Positions 20,827 through 32,648 of a stretch of 64,000 bases of DNA are shown here, one piece after another. The translations under genes and the position numbers were made by a program. Source of the stretch: Candidatus Berkelbacteria bacterium (GTDB taxonomy: Bacteria; Patescibacteriota; UBA1384; XYA2-FULL-43-10; CAINNR01); assembly GCA_037142675.1 (NCBI GenBank), contig JBAXAF010000002.1:13300-77299 (forward strand), in the 5' to 3' direction. Numbering within the stretch: the first letter of the stretch is position 1; each line of letters starts with the position of its first letter. The notes below the pieces were generated by a model. The model was not told the DNA's origin. It did not search any database and saw nothing but the letters and a program-made list of their open reading frames with translations.

Positions 20827-21549
20827 ATGCCAGTAATGTCGCCGTCTTATAAAAGACACTTGGAAAATTTGCAAAATGAATTTGATGCGAAGAAATATCA
20901 TGAATTGCAAAAACTTGATCTTTTTAACGAGAAAACTTTTTACAAAGCTTTTGTTGGAGATATGCTTAATGCCAAAAAAGAGGTTATTATCCATAGCCCG
21001 TTTGTCTCGAAATTTAGAACGGATTTTCTCAAACCGACAATCGAAAAATTGATCGACCGGAACATTGACATCTTTATCTTTACCAGACCGATTGAAGAGT
21101 ACGATCCTACTATGCAACCCCAGATCGAGTGCGCGCTAAAACGCCTTGGAGAGCTTGGTGTCTGCATTTTCTACCCAGGACGATACATTCATCAAAAGGT
21201 GGCGATTGTTGACAGAGAAGTCCTATAGGAGGGCAGTTTGAATATTTTATCGCACAGAGCAAGTAACGAAATGATGAGGAGAACGGCTCACAGGGAATCC
21301 GCAACACAGGTCATGAACTATATCGGCCTGAATGATCAGATTGCGGCGGCTTATAAGTTGAAATACGAAAAATTGTACAAGGGGTTGATAAATACCTCCA
21401 AACAAAGTTTTAAGCTGAAAATGAAGATATTTTTGCTAGGACTGGCAGTTCCGATAATTGTATGGTTGATCGTCGGCTTGGTAAATATAAAACCTGTGCA
21501 AATATATACTTCGCTAGCAAATTCGATCATTGCATCATTGCAGCATTAA
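20827..21549 (+). pseudogene. PLD-family (HKD) nuclease interrupted by a single in-frame TAG inside the HxKx4Dx6GSxN motif; C-terminal TM helix
   Basis: ORFs 20827-21228 and 21238-21549 are in the same frame; read-through gives HQKVAIVDREVL*EGSLN, a perfect HxK(x)4D(x)6GSxN with the stop at a variable position. Confidence 0.6.
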
Positions 21550-21570
21550 AACTGTAACCACTCACTGTGT

Positions 21571-21654
21571 CGTCATTGCGAGGAGGTACGACGAAGCAAT
21601 CTGATCAAAATAGATTGCCGCGCCTCTCGCTTCACTCGATGACTCGCAATGACA
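21571..21654. repeat. MITE-like palindromic element, TGTCATTGCGAG...CTCGCAATGACA family (copy 1)
   Basis: terminal inverted repeats GTCATTGCGAGG / CTCGCAATGAC with internal GAAGCAATC...GATTGCCGCGCCT core; extended inverted repeats GTAACCACTCACTG/CAGCGAGTGGTTAC. Confidence 0.7.
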
Positions 21655-21922
21655 GCGAGTGGTTACTTAAAACTCTTCTTCTTTCAACTTTTCAAATCGC
21701 ATTTTGGAAAAATATTTCTGGCAATCTTTGTTATTACACCTCGCGAAACAACTTTTTTTGTCAGAAATCAAAATCGACGAGATAACTCCCGTTCGTGCGA
21801 CTACTTCGCCACATTTATCACAAACCTTATATTTCATAGATACACCTAGATTATCACAAAAATCCGAGCATTGGATACTCGGATTTTCTGCAGAAAAACA
21901 GCAGTAATATTTTTTAAGAATA

Positions 21923-23122
21923 TTATTCGTACTTTAGTGCGTCAAGTGCATTGATCTTGACCGCTCGATAAGCAGGGTATAGTCCGGTAGCTAAACCGAC
22001 TAGAATTGAGAATAATCCGACAATCAATTCAAGAGTCCAAGGTGTGACAAAAAGATTGATAGTATCAGCGCCAGCCCTTGAAGCAAAGACTGACAGCAGA
22101 GCATTTATGCCGGTTGCCATTAACAGTCCAAGAATTATGCCGAAGAAACCGCCAAAAGCACCGATCAAGAATGATTCAGTCACAAAGAGTTTGTAGATAT
22201 CAGCGTTTTGCATTCCAAGAGCTTTAAATAGACCGATCTCTCTAATTCTTTCAAGAAGATTAATTGTCAAAGTGTTGAATGTTCCAAGGGCAGCGACCAA
22301 AAGCGCTATCATGCCAAAAATCGCTAAGACTATCCTGAACAGAACGAATACTTGGCTAATCTGATCAACCGTATCTCCGACATATTCAGTCGATAATCCT
22401 AAATTTTCTAGTTGCTTGCGAAGTTCCGGAATGCTCTCTTTGGTGTCAGCTTTTAGTTTTAGGGAGATAAATTTATCGGCCCCATTTTTGGCAAGTAGCG
22501 AAATCGGCACATAAATGATTGGGCTTTGTTCATCTTTTTCGACTCCAACAATTTTCAGCGGAACTTTTTCGACAGTTTTAACCGAATCAGCATTGTCTGT
22601 GCGAATCTCTGCCGGAATAAGTAAATCTAAATCCATCGTTTGACCAATAACTTGATCCTCGTTCTCGCCTAGCAATTTCAAGGCAGCTCGGTTAATCATC
22701 GCTTGTCCATCTGCAAGTGGCAGAGAGCCTTTATCAGCACTAATGCTCGCCATTGGCCAGTAATCCTTACCTGCAGCGACAACGACGGTCTCAGCCGAGG
22801 TTCCGGTGCCATCACGACCAAGCCTACCGGCAATACTGTCAACTGGAACGACAGTTTGGACATGAGGAAGTGCTTCTGTCTTGTCAATCACGCTCTGATC
22901 AATTTTCAAAGTTTTTAAATTTGCCGATGGGATATCTAGAATAGTAAAAGCCTCAAAATTAGTCACCTGGCTTGTCACCAAACGCTCCAAGCCGTATCCC
23001 AGCGATACCAAGAAGATAATCGATCCAATACCAATCACAATTCCCAAAGTGGTAATTATTGTTCTGGATTTCTTTACCCATAGATTTTTTAGAGATAGCC
23101 GAACAATTACTTTTAATTTCAT
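21923..23122 (-). CDS. ABC transporter permease, FtsX/MacB/LolCE family
   Basis: 399 aa; N-terminal TM, large periplasmic domain, C-terminal 3 TM FtsX-like domain; ATGA-coupled to upstream ATPase. Confidence 0.75.
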   Translation of the reverse strand: MKLKVIVRLSLKNLWVKKSRTIITTLGIVIGIGSIIFLVSLGYGLERLVTSQVTNFEAFTILDIPSANLKTLKIDQSVIDKTEALPHVQTVVPVDSIAGRLGRDGTGTSAETVVVAAGKDYWPMASISADKGSLPLADGQAMINRAALKLLGENEDQVIGQTMDLDLLIPAEIRTDNADSVKTVEKVPLKIVGVEKDEQSPIIYVPISLLAKNGADKFISLKLKADTKESIPELRKQLENLGLSTEYVGDTVDQISQVFVLFRIVLAIFGMIALLVAALGTFNTLTINLLERIREIGLFKALGMQNADIYKLFVTESFLIGAFGGFFGIILGLLMATGINALLSVFASRAGADTINLFVTPWTLELIVGLFSILVGLATGLYPAYRAVKINALDALKYE

Positions 23123-23874
23123 ATCATTTTCTCCAAGTTCTTAAGCTCGCCCTCGAGCTGCGCTCGGAGTTCTCCCTTTTTCTCGGAGACGATTTTACCG
23201 TCTATCATGGCGATTGTTTTGCTCGCCAGAGGAAGATAAGCTAGGTTATGGGTAACCATTATCACGGTTCGTTTATAGATTTTATTGAGTTTTTGTAGCA
23301 GATCCATGACATAATCAGCGGAGTGCGTATCAAGATTGCCGGTCGGCTCATCGGCGACAATAATTGATGGATTATTAACCAGCGCTCGCGCCAAACCGAC
23401 CCTCTGTTGTTCACCACCGGAGAGCTGCATCGGCCATTTTTTGGCATACTGGCCCATTTCAACCTCGCCCAGTATTGCTTGTGCCTTAAACACCGAGTCA
23501 TGGTATCCTGATCCGGTTATCATTAGCGGAACCGCGACATTTTCAACTACATTGAGAGCTTTTGCCCAATACGATTGCTGGTAGACGATACCGAATTTGC
23601 TGGAGCGAACCTTGGCGCGTTGAGCCTGATTCAAAGAGCCCATATTCTTTTCATAGAGATAAACATTGCCCTTAGTTGGTGTTTCCAAGCCGACAATGTG
23701 ATTCAGAAGAGTTGATTTTCCACAACCTGATGGGCCATAAATAACAACAAAATCGCCTTCATTAATACTAACAGTAATGCCTTTTAAGACTTCTGTTTTT
23801 GTTGACTTGTCTGCCGAGACAAACTCTTTGAACAAACCATCAATTTTAATAATTTCTTTTTCCATTATTTCCAA
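23119..23874 (-). CDS. ABC transporter ATP-binding protein (MacB/LolD-like)
   Basis: Walker A GPSGCGKST, signature LSGGEQQRVGLARAL, Walker B IIVADEPTGNLD. Confidence 0.9.
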   Translation of the reverse strand: MEIMEKEIIKIDGLFKEFVSADKSTKTEVLKGITVSINEGDFVVIYGPSGCGKSTLLNHIVGLETPTKGNVYLYEKNMGSLNQAQRAKVRSSKFGIVYQQSYWAKALNVVENVAVPLMITGSGYHDSVFKAQAILGEVEMGQYAKKWPMQLSGGEQQRVGLARALVNNPSIIVADEPTGNLDTHSADYVMDLLQKLNKIYKRTVIMVTHNLAYLPLASKTIAMIDGKIVSEKKGELRAQLEGELKNLEKMI

Positions 23875-23878
23875 TTAT

Positions 23879-26800
23879 TCAATTATTTGGGTAAAACATC
23901 TTGCTTAAAAAGCCGAGTGATTTTTGCAGTGAATTAACAATAATGTCGACGACTGATTGTTGGATTTTACCGGTAATGGTTGTGGTGTCGTTCGAAGTTC
24001 CCATGTTCCCAGCGTTATCATGCGACACGGCCCGAAGGTGATAAATCTTTGATGGCTCAAGTCCGGAAGCAATGACTACATGGCTGGTCGAAAGCGCCAT
24101 ATCCTCTTTGGTTTTGAAATCATAATCAGATCCGCTGATTCCGGTTGAATATTCAATCTGACTTGTTGATGGTTCATCTGTTTGCCACGAAACAACTAAT
24201 TGCGCTTGTTGAGTTTGACCGAAGCCATTTGATTTTATTTCGACTGCAAGTGATGACAATTTTGGTGGTCGGGTGTCAAGCGGTGTTGTATAGGTGTTGG
24301 CATCTGACTCAACTTGATTTCCAAAGTTATCGACGCCTTTTGCTTTTAGAACATAAACCGATTTGTCCTGAAGGTCGGAAACCGTAATTTCGTGCGCTGT
24401 CTTATAATCAGCTTGCGAAGCGGTTTGTGCAGATGAGCCGATTGTATAAGAGACTATAGAAGTTGTCGCCACATTGGTATCCCAATTAAATTTCAGTGTC
24501 GTTGTCGGAGCGTCTTTAACTGTCTCAAAGCGGAAATTTGAGATCTTCGGCATGGTCAAAGTATTAAATGTATAATCATCCGAAATAAGCTGATTATTAT
24601 CCGTATCAGTCCCGATTATTTGAAAATGATATGTGGCCGAGTCGTCGAGGCTAGTCAAATTGATTGAGTGGCTAGTAGTTTGCGAACCGGATTTGTCGGA
24701 AATATTTCCACCATAGTTTGGAGTTTTTCCATAATTGATTGTCGAGGTGGCAATGGTTGTGGATGTCCAAGAAATTGTTGCGGCGTTCAAAGTGATATTT
24801 GAAACTTTTACATCGGAAATTTTCGGTCTTAGTCCGGTCTTAAACGAGTAGACATCGCTTCGTCCCTGGTTACCGTCTGAATCCTCCCACATTGCTTGGT
24901 AATAGTAGATCGTCTCAGGGTCAAGGCCAATGACTTCAACTGAGTGCTTTTTGCTCTTCTCCGGTTGACCAAATCCTTTGGCATTTTTCAAATCGTCTTT
25001 GCTTTTAGCAAAATAGCCGAAACTTGAACCTTCGCGGTCGGTTTCCCAAGAGATAGTAGCTGAAAATGCCTTTGGCGAAGCAGTTGGGGCCTCTGTTATG
25101 GCCGGTGGGTTAGTATAACGACCGGTCGGTGTCAAATTAACTATCGACGAGGCAACTGAATGTTGACCGGCATTGTCTTTCGATTTGACATAGTAATAGT
25201 ATTTTTGGCTTGTCAGGTCGGTGTCGGCATAAGTACTACCAGCGGTTGTGCCGACCGAGGAATAATTTGAGCCGTCAGTCGAACGATAAATTTCATAGCC
25301 GTTAAATCCGGTGCCGGTGTTTGCTGGCGCAATCCACTTTAGAGTTGCAGCAAACAGCGAAGCATCTCGGTTTGAAATATCAAAGATTTGCAAACTCGCC
25401 GGTGCGCCTGGCGCGGTGGTATTGGCAGTGAAGGTTGTTTTGGCGCAACCATCGGTGTCGGAGTTACCGGAGATTGCATTACAGGAATCAAATGAATAAT
25501 TTCCCGCTTCATCTTTGGCAACGATATAGAAGGTATTTTCTCCTTGTTGGGTGGCATATGGTCCGGCTGGAAGTATTCGGTCGGTCACAAACGAAGTATT
25601 CGACGGTGTCGGTAGCGCATTTATTGAGTAATAGTAACCCGATATTGTTCCGCTTCCGGTTGACGGCTCATCCCAGGAAAAAGCGAAACTGTTTGAATCA
25701 GACGATGACGGTGTGACAGTCAAATTCTTCGGTGCAGTCGGCGCGGTGTTATTGTAATAAAAGTTTGTCTGAACCGGAGTCGGATCGACATTGCCGGCGT
25801 TGTCAACGGCACGAAGATAAAAGATATTTGTGCCGGTTCGGTAAGCGACATCACCAAGTTCCAGTGATCCGCCGGTCATTGTTGCCGACCAATCGGAATA
25901 AATGCCGTCAGTTGCGCCTGTTTTGTATTGATAACCATAAATGCCACTTCCACCGGTGTCGCTCGCCATATCGGCACCCGAAGTCGGCCAGATGAAAGTA
26001 AAGGAATTGGTGCGCGTAAAGCCCGATGGTGAAACCGAAACATATTTTGGTGAATCCGGAGTTGCCGTTTCATATTTATAGGTGAAGATGGTTGAGCCGC
26101 TCCCGATATTACCGGCATTGTCTTTTGAGCTAATGCGTAAATAGTAAGTTGAGCCGGAAGCCAAAGAACCGGCGGTATAATTCAATCCTGTTTGGTAACT
26201 GCCGGCCGTATGCGGATCAGCAGAATTCGAAGTTCCGAAATAAACATAGTAACCGGCTGTGCCGGAAACCGTATTGGCGTGGCTGCCATCGGTGGCATCC
26301 GTGGAGGCGTTAAAAGTAAAATACGGAGCCGCGTAGTTGTGCCAATCGCCGGAGACAATATCGCTTCCACTAGAAGATTGACTTTTGGCAGTTGCCAAAG
26401 TCGGATCCGGTGGCGCCATATTATCCTGATCGTATTTGTAAGTGTATACGGTTGCAGCCGTAGAAATATTACCAGCGACATCTTGGGTTTTTATTCGCAA
26501 ATAATAGCTTTGATTATAGTTAGTCGATAAATCGCTTGCCGTGTAGTTTGTGGTAGTTTGCCAGACACTCGGATCGGCTGAAGCATTTGTACCGAAATAA
26601 ACATAATAACCGGCAACTCCCGACGGAGTTATCCCGTTTGCATTGTCACTTGGCGCAGTCCACGAAAAGTAAGGTGTTGGATAGTTATACCAAGTCGCCC
26701 CGTCAAGTGTCACGCCACTCGAAGTGCTTTTAGCGGTAATTGAGCTTGGATTATTTGGTGGTAAAAGATCTGGATTGTAATCAGGTGATGTAATGCCGGA

Positions 26801-27447
26801 AAAGTTAATCCAACCCCAGTCTTCGCTCCAGGCATAACCGGAGAAATTTCCTCCTGTAGCTATCACCACATTGGCGCCGGTCGGACTTGCATTAAAATCA
26901 ATATAGCCGCCGTTTAGCATTTTCGCCTTTCCTGATAAATGTCCGGAAGTGTCAGCGACTACCGGTCCCGAAGGATTGCTATCTGAGCCAAAGCTAATCC
27001 AGCCGAGATCGCCACCCCAGGCATAACCGCCCATCTGGCGAGAATAATTATCTATCGTCACATTGCTATGGTAAGTTCCTGCGTCAAAGTAAATTTTTTC
27101 GCCAGTGTTAACAATAGTTCCGGTAGTTCCCACAACCGCTACCGCACTGCCGGTAGCCTCAGAGTGCTTACTCGAGAGAAACATACCGCCAGCTACGATA
27201 ATAAAGCCGCAAAATATTGTGAATGCCGTCCAGCCGATTTGTTTGCGGTAAGGTTTTGCTTTTTTGGTAATCTTTGCGAGCCAACTATTAAATTCTGCCG
27301 GACTGGTAGAATCTTGATTTATACTTTGTCTTTTATGATTAACTTTTAGAGAAAATGACAAATGTTTTTTAAAATTACTAAAAACTTCACAAATCTTTTT
27401 TGTGATCTGTCGATAATTTCGATTAATTTTGGATATTAGCTTTTTCA

Positions 27448-27448
<1 letters not shown>
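23879..27448 (-). CDS. very large cell-surface protein with multiple FN3-like repeats (N-terminal membrane anchor)
   Basis: 1189 aa; repeated ~90-aa modules with YYxxxxxxDxAGNxS-type patterns; start codon overlaps RT stop (ATGA). Confidence 0.6.
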
Positions 27449-28642
<1,194 letters not shown>

Positions 28643-28666
28643 TTTTTTCTTGTCATTTGTTTTTCT

Positions 28667-28742
28667 TGTCATTGCGAGGCTTTGCGAAGCAATCTTTTTT
28701 GTGTTTTTTATGGGATTGCCACGCCTGCTGGCTCGCAATGAC
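28667..28742. repeat. MITE-like palindromic element, TGTCATTGCGAG family (copy 2), in the TR-RT spacer
   Basis: TGTCATTGCGAGGCTTTGCGAAGCAATC...GATTGCCACGCCTGCTGGCTCGCAATGACA. Confidence 0.7.
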
Positions 28743-28776
28743 ATACTCATTTTAGGTAGAAAAGGCATCCCCGTTG

Positions 28777-28906
28777 CCTGACACAGCGAACATTGTTGTT
28801 ATTGCCCTCTCCATTGTTGTTCGTGTTGCCATTATTCAACTGGACGTTCCACGCGTTAGATCCAACGCTGTTCTCCGTCGCCGACCAGTAGTTGTTGGAT
28901 GGCTGA
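28777..28906 (-). other. DGR template repeat (TR)
   Basis: 130 bp ~90% identical to VR (29499-29628); all 13 mismatches are at TR adenines on the coding (minus) strand; AAC/AAT codons in TR. Confidence 0.9.
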
Positions 28907-29083
28907 TGAAATGCTGCCGACTTTTGTTGCTCGGTTTTCTATCTCTGGCAAGCAGAGTAAGAAAACTTGTAATTATTCCTTTTGGAGCGGCAGCCGTAAC
29001 GGGGCGGTCGCACTCCCGATCATAACCCCGCACAGAGGCGAAGAATACGAGCGGCTCTTGCTATGCCTTTTCTACCTAAAATT

Positions 29084-29431
29084 TTAATGTGCTTTCGACC
29101 AATTCATCCATTTTTCGAACTGTTTCGATATTTCAATCAGTTGCTCAAAAAAGAATTTATAACTTTGTATTTTCATTGTCTTAAGCTCGTGCAGCATTCT
29201 GGCTTTAAACTTAATTCTCTCAATGATTACCAACCCCTCCTTTAATTTGTTTGTTTTGTCTTCAAGGTTATTGGCTTCAACAATTATGTCCATCAACTTT
29301 GTCAGCAATCCCTCTATTTCCTCGGCTAAGCCGTATTTGTAATCTTTCGGGAATCCTCGTGCCAACCGGAAGAAGTATAAATTTATGTCGTAAACGCTTT
29401 TGTAAATTGGAAGGTGGTCATATCTTGCCAT
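29084..29431 (-). CDS. avd: DGR accessory variability determinant (Avd)
   Basis: 115-aa helical protein starting MARYDHLPIYKSVYDINLYFFRLARGFPKDYKYGLAEEIE, positioned between target gene and TR as in canonical DGRs. Confidence 0.75.
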   Translation of the reverse strand: MARYDHLPIYKSVYDINLYFFRLARGFPKDYKYGLAEEIEGLLTKLMDIIVEANNLEDKTNKLKEGLVIIERIKFKARMLHELKTMKIQSYKFFFEQLIEISKQFEKWMNWSKAH

Positions 29432-29495
29432 AAAAATTTTCGCTCGACCGCCTTCGGCGGAAACAATAATAACTAAATAATCAAATTACCCTGCG

Positions 29496-30536
29496 TTACC
29501 TGACACAGCGAACATTGTAGTTACCGCCCTCTCCAAAGTTGCTCGTGTAGCCATTATTCAACTGGACGCCCCACGCGTAAGATCCAACGCTGCTCTCCGT
29601 CGCCGACCAGTAGTTGTAGGATGGCTGAGTCAGATTCCAGTAAGCACCATCAATGAAAGCCTGCATCAGCTCGTTTTGGGTTGGTAAACGCCAGACACCG
29701 GCACCGGCAGGGTTGGCACTGCTGTTGCAAAGCTGTGCAGCGGTTTTATTACCGACAGCCACATTGGCTGCGCCGGTAGCGTTCCATGTCCAAGAAGATC
29801 CGCCGGAAGCGACAAATTGAATTACTCCGGCATTATTCTTAAGGCATTGGCTCCAAGTTAAACCGGTTAGCGGGTCTTTATTGGTATTTCCGGCCCGATT
29901 ATCGTCACCGGTTACCGGAGACGAGTTGGTTGTAAAAGTTAAAGAACAGTTGTTGCCGGTCGTGCCACCGTCCGCCGGATCAAGCACATCGGTAGAGCAA
30001 GGGCCACCGGAAACTGGCGCATAATTACCGGAAATTTGCGTGCCATCATTTGACCAAGCGACTTTACCACTTTTAACATCGCCGGCTCCGGCAACCGTGC
30101 CGGCACCAGTCAAGGGATATGTTGCCGAAGGATATTGACCGGTTAAGCCAACGCCAAAGAGGGTTCCACTTTTGACTGTTCCAACTGAAAGATTCCCTAA
30201 ATTATATGTGCCGCTGGTTGCGCTGCGCGAACCGTTTGCGGTGAATGTTTTTGTAGATGAAACATCACCAGCCCCAGCCGTCGTGCTCGGTGTCCACTTG
30301 GCAGCAGTTTTGATACGGTTCCAATAAGTTCCCCAGTCTGGTGTGTCCGAGTCGGAACCGAAGGTTAAACCCGTAAGATCTGTATAAAGCGTTTTCATGC
30401 GTGAAGTTACTCCGGACTCCGGTGTGCTACCGGATTGTTCGGCAAAAACTTTGTAAGTTCCAAAAACTCCGGCGCAAAGTAGCACTGCCACAGCCGCGAT
30501 GATGAACTTATTCCTTTTTTTCATATTTGCCTCCAA
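29496..30536 (-). CDS. DGR target protein: secreted/surface protein with C-terminal DUF1566/C-type-lectin-fold variable region
   Basis: N-terminal signal/anchor; C-terminus GLTWSQC...WRLPTQNELMQAF...YWSATESSVGSYAWGVQLNNGYTSNFGEGGNYNVRCVR; VR at 29499-29628 matches TR. Confidence 0.85.
   Translation of the reverse strand: MEANMKKRNKFIIAAVAVLLCAGVFGTYKVFAEQSGSTPESGVTSRMKTLYTDLTGLTFGSDSDTPDWGTYWNRIKTAAKWTPSTTAGAGDVSSTKTFTANGSRSATSGTYNLGNLSVGTVKSGTLFGVGLTGQYPSATYPLTGAGTVAGAGDVKSGKVAWSNDGTQISGNYAPVSGGPCSTDVLDPADGGTTGNNCSLTFTTNSSPVTGDDNRAGNTNKDPLTGLTWSQCLKNNAGVIQFVASGGSSWTWNATGAANVAVGNKTAAQLCNSSANPAGAGVWRLPTQNELMQAFIDGAYWNLTQPSYNYWSATESSVGSYAWGVQLNNGYTSNFGEGGNYNVRCVR
29499..29628 (-). other. DGR variable repeat (VR) at the 3' end of the target gene
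   Basis: aligned to TR; VR has T,G,G,T,T,G,T... where TR has A on the coding strand (Y/S/G/F codons versus AAC/AAT). Confidence 0.9.
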
Positions 30537-30550
30537 TTATAAATTCTTTT

Positions 30551-30616
30551 TGTCATTGCGAAGTACGAAGCAATCTCATTCCACACAGATTGCCGCGCCT
30601 GCTGGCCCGCAATGAC
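30551..30616. repeat. MITE-like palindromic element, TGTCATTGCGAG family (copy 3), immediately upstream of target gene start
   Basis: TGTCATTGCGAAGTACGAAGCAATC...GATTGCCGCGCCTGCTGGCCCGCAATGACA. Confidence 0.7.
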
Positions 30617-30714
30617 AAACCCTAATCCTCGCAATGTAAAACTATAAATATTAAAAAAGACACTCAAAAGAGTGCTTGAATTACCAGTTCTAAATGCAAA
30701 AACGGAGAGCTCCT

Positions 30715-30745
<31 letters not shown>

Positions 30746-30990
30746 GAGTTCGGAACTTCGAACTCGAGCTAAAGCGCGCTCGTTACAGTTACGTTTAATG
30801 TTCCCTCCTCTATATAAAACACAGTCTTTGAAATGATTACTTATAATTATACATCAACTAAACCAATAATACATCATTTATTATTTTGTTGTAAATGCCT
30901 AGAAATCAAATTAATAGCAACTGGGATTTTCTTAGGAATTATCGTATCAATTTGGCACTTTAATCGTATCATTTTGATACGAGAAAGAGA

Positions 30991-31866
30991 TTAATTGCTT
31001 TGCCCGATTTTCCAGACTCCCTTTTCTCGAAATGCCGCCAGAGTTTGACGTTTTGCCATATTTAGAAGGACATTCAGGGGCTGTTTTGTATTTTTTGCGT
31101 ACTCAGAAAGTGAAATAATTTTGAGACCTTCTAAATAAGCAATTCTTTTATGTAAAGATTCCAATAGTGCAAGATAGAGAACTTTTTCCATGTCTGCAGT
31201 TTTTTTGTTTTCTTTATATTCCTGAAAGGTTTTGTAATATAGATGTTTCTCTTTATCACGAATAATCACAGGTGGAAAGCCAATCTGTAGCAGGAGATAA
31301 TTAATTAAAACCCTGCCAATTCGGCCATTACCATCGCAAAATGGATGAATATGCTCGAATTCCAAATGAAATTTAGCAATCTTTTCTAGAAAATAAGACA
31401 TGTGATCGCCGGAATAATCAAGAAGTGCTGATTCAACCATAGTTGCCACATGTTCCGGTGCTGGCGCAATGTGCGTTCCAACTCGGACATATTCTCCGGC
31501 AGATCTAAATATACCGGCAATTTTATCATCAATTCCAGCAATCAACATCTTGTGTAAAAACAAGATTAATTCTTCATCCAAATCACGGCTAAGAGTTTTG
31601 TCCTTGATATATTCAAAAACTCTAGCTAAATTTTTAGCTTCATAAACTTCTCGAACAGATACTTTGCGCGCAACTTCAAGTTCTAATAAAATCTTTTCAG
31701 TTTCCTCAATGGTGAGGGTTGAATTTTCGATAGCATTTGAGTTGTAGACTGATTCCGGAATCTCGGCTTCAGCTAGCATATCCAAAAGAGATCCTTTGCC
31801 GATTTTCAAAGTATCATACTGCTTTTTTAAGTCATTAATTTTTTGTTTGATATCTTTATTGATCAT
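30991..31866 (-). CDS. Fic/DOC family protein (AMPylase-type)
   Basis: Fic motif HPFCDGNGRIGR; 291 aa. Confidence 0.8.
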   Translation of the reverse strand: MINKDIKQKINDLKKQYDTLKIGKGSLLDMLAEAEIPESVYNSNAIENSTLTIEETEKILLELEVARKVSVREVYEAKNLARVFEYIKDKTLSRDLDEELILFLHKMLIAGIDDKIAGIFRSAGEYVRVGTHIAPAPEHVATMVESALLDYSGDHMSYFLEKIAKFHLEFEHIHPFCDGNGRIGRVLINYLLLQIGFPPVIIRDKEKHLYYKTFQEYKENKKTADMEKVLYLALLESLHKRIAYLEGLKIISLSEYAKNTKQPLNVLLNMAKRQTLAAFREKGVWKIGQSN

Positions 31867-31899
31867 GGTTAAATCTTATCATATTAACGATATATTGTC

Positions 31900-31950
31900 A
31901 ATACACCGTGAATATAGTCTACTTTGAGTATATATTCACGGTGTTTCTGA
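31900..31950. promoter_or_regulatory. 14-bp-arm inverted repeat between the NTase gene end and fic start (operator or terminator)
   Basis: ACACCGTGAATATA-gtctactttgag-TATATTCACGGTGT. Confidence 0.4.
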
Positions 31951-32003
31951 TTATTCAATGACATTTAGACTAGCTATAGAGGGCTTATTTTCGTTATATG
32001 GTG

Positions 32004-32648
32004 CTATTTATTAACTTTTGCCAAATAATTTGTCACGGTTTCTGAGAGATACTTTTTAACTAATTCGAAACTAATATCATCATCGTGCTTAAAGAGAATT
32101 GGTTCTTCCAGAATATCATCAAAATACACTAGGCTTTTAAGGATTAGGTTAACGTCAATTGTAGGAAACTTTTCTTTTGTTAATTTGAAAAGCTCTTCAA
32201 GGCTTATTTTGTGAAGAATAAAATACAAATCAACATAATCTTTAAGAACAGATCGGCTTGTAATTGCTGAGAGCTTCATAGCACCAATGTCTTCGAGGGA
32301 GGCCATTTTAAAATTATCTTCATCCAACAGTGGATTAATCGGTTTGTATGGAAAAGCAAAGAAGCTAATTTTAATTGTGTCGTCAATGATAAATGTTAGA
32401 GTATCTTTTTCTTCCTGAATTTTTGCAATTTGATGATTCTGAAAAATTTGCTCGACTTTTTTGGTCAAGTCTTCAGTAGAAAAAGATTGTTCAGAAAAGA
32501 AATCAAAATCAATACTATCTCGATGCCCCAGTTGCAATGCTAGAGCGGTGCCACCGGCAAGATAAAAATCATCTTTGAAAACTTTAAAAAGAGGTAGAAT
32601 ATTTATACGCTTTTGGTCTAGAATATCCCAATAAAATTGTTTATCCAT
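32004..32648 (-). CDS. nucleotidyltransferase of the AbiEii/DUF1814-like family (putative toxin/defence component)
   Basis: N-terminal LAGGTALALQLGHRDSIDFDFF resembles the GGTAL...RxSxDxD NTase motif of AbiEii-type proteins. Confidence 0.5.
   Translation of the reverse strand: MDKQFYWDILDQKRINILPLFKVFKDDFYLAGGTALALQLGHRDSIDFDFFSEQSFSTEDLTKKVEQIFQNHQIAKIQEEKDTLTFIIDDTIKISFFAFPYKPINPLLDEDNFKMASLEDIGAMKLSAITSRSVLKDYVDLYFILHKISLEELFKLTKEKFPTIDVNLILKSLVYFDDILEEPILFKHDDDISFELVKKYLSETVTNYLAKVNK

Noticed and set aside
20827-21549. Genome-wide reassignment of TAG to a sense codon
   Set aside because: All other long conserved genes in the window (dnaK, ppdK, histidine kinase, pilB, recombinase) are intact without internal TAG; the event appears local
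23879-24100. Second DGR variable repeat at the 3' end of the 1189-aa surface protein
   Set aside because: No similarity to the TR and no C-type-lectin-like C-terminus
28774-29087. Three small overlapping ORFs (28774-29025, 28836-29033, 28899-29087)
   Set aside because: They cover the DGR template repeat and the TR-avd spacer; TRs are noncoding
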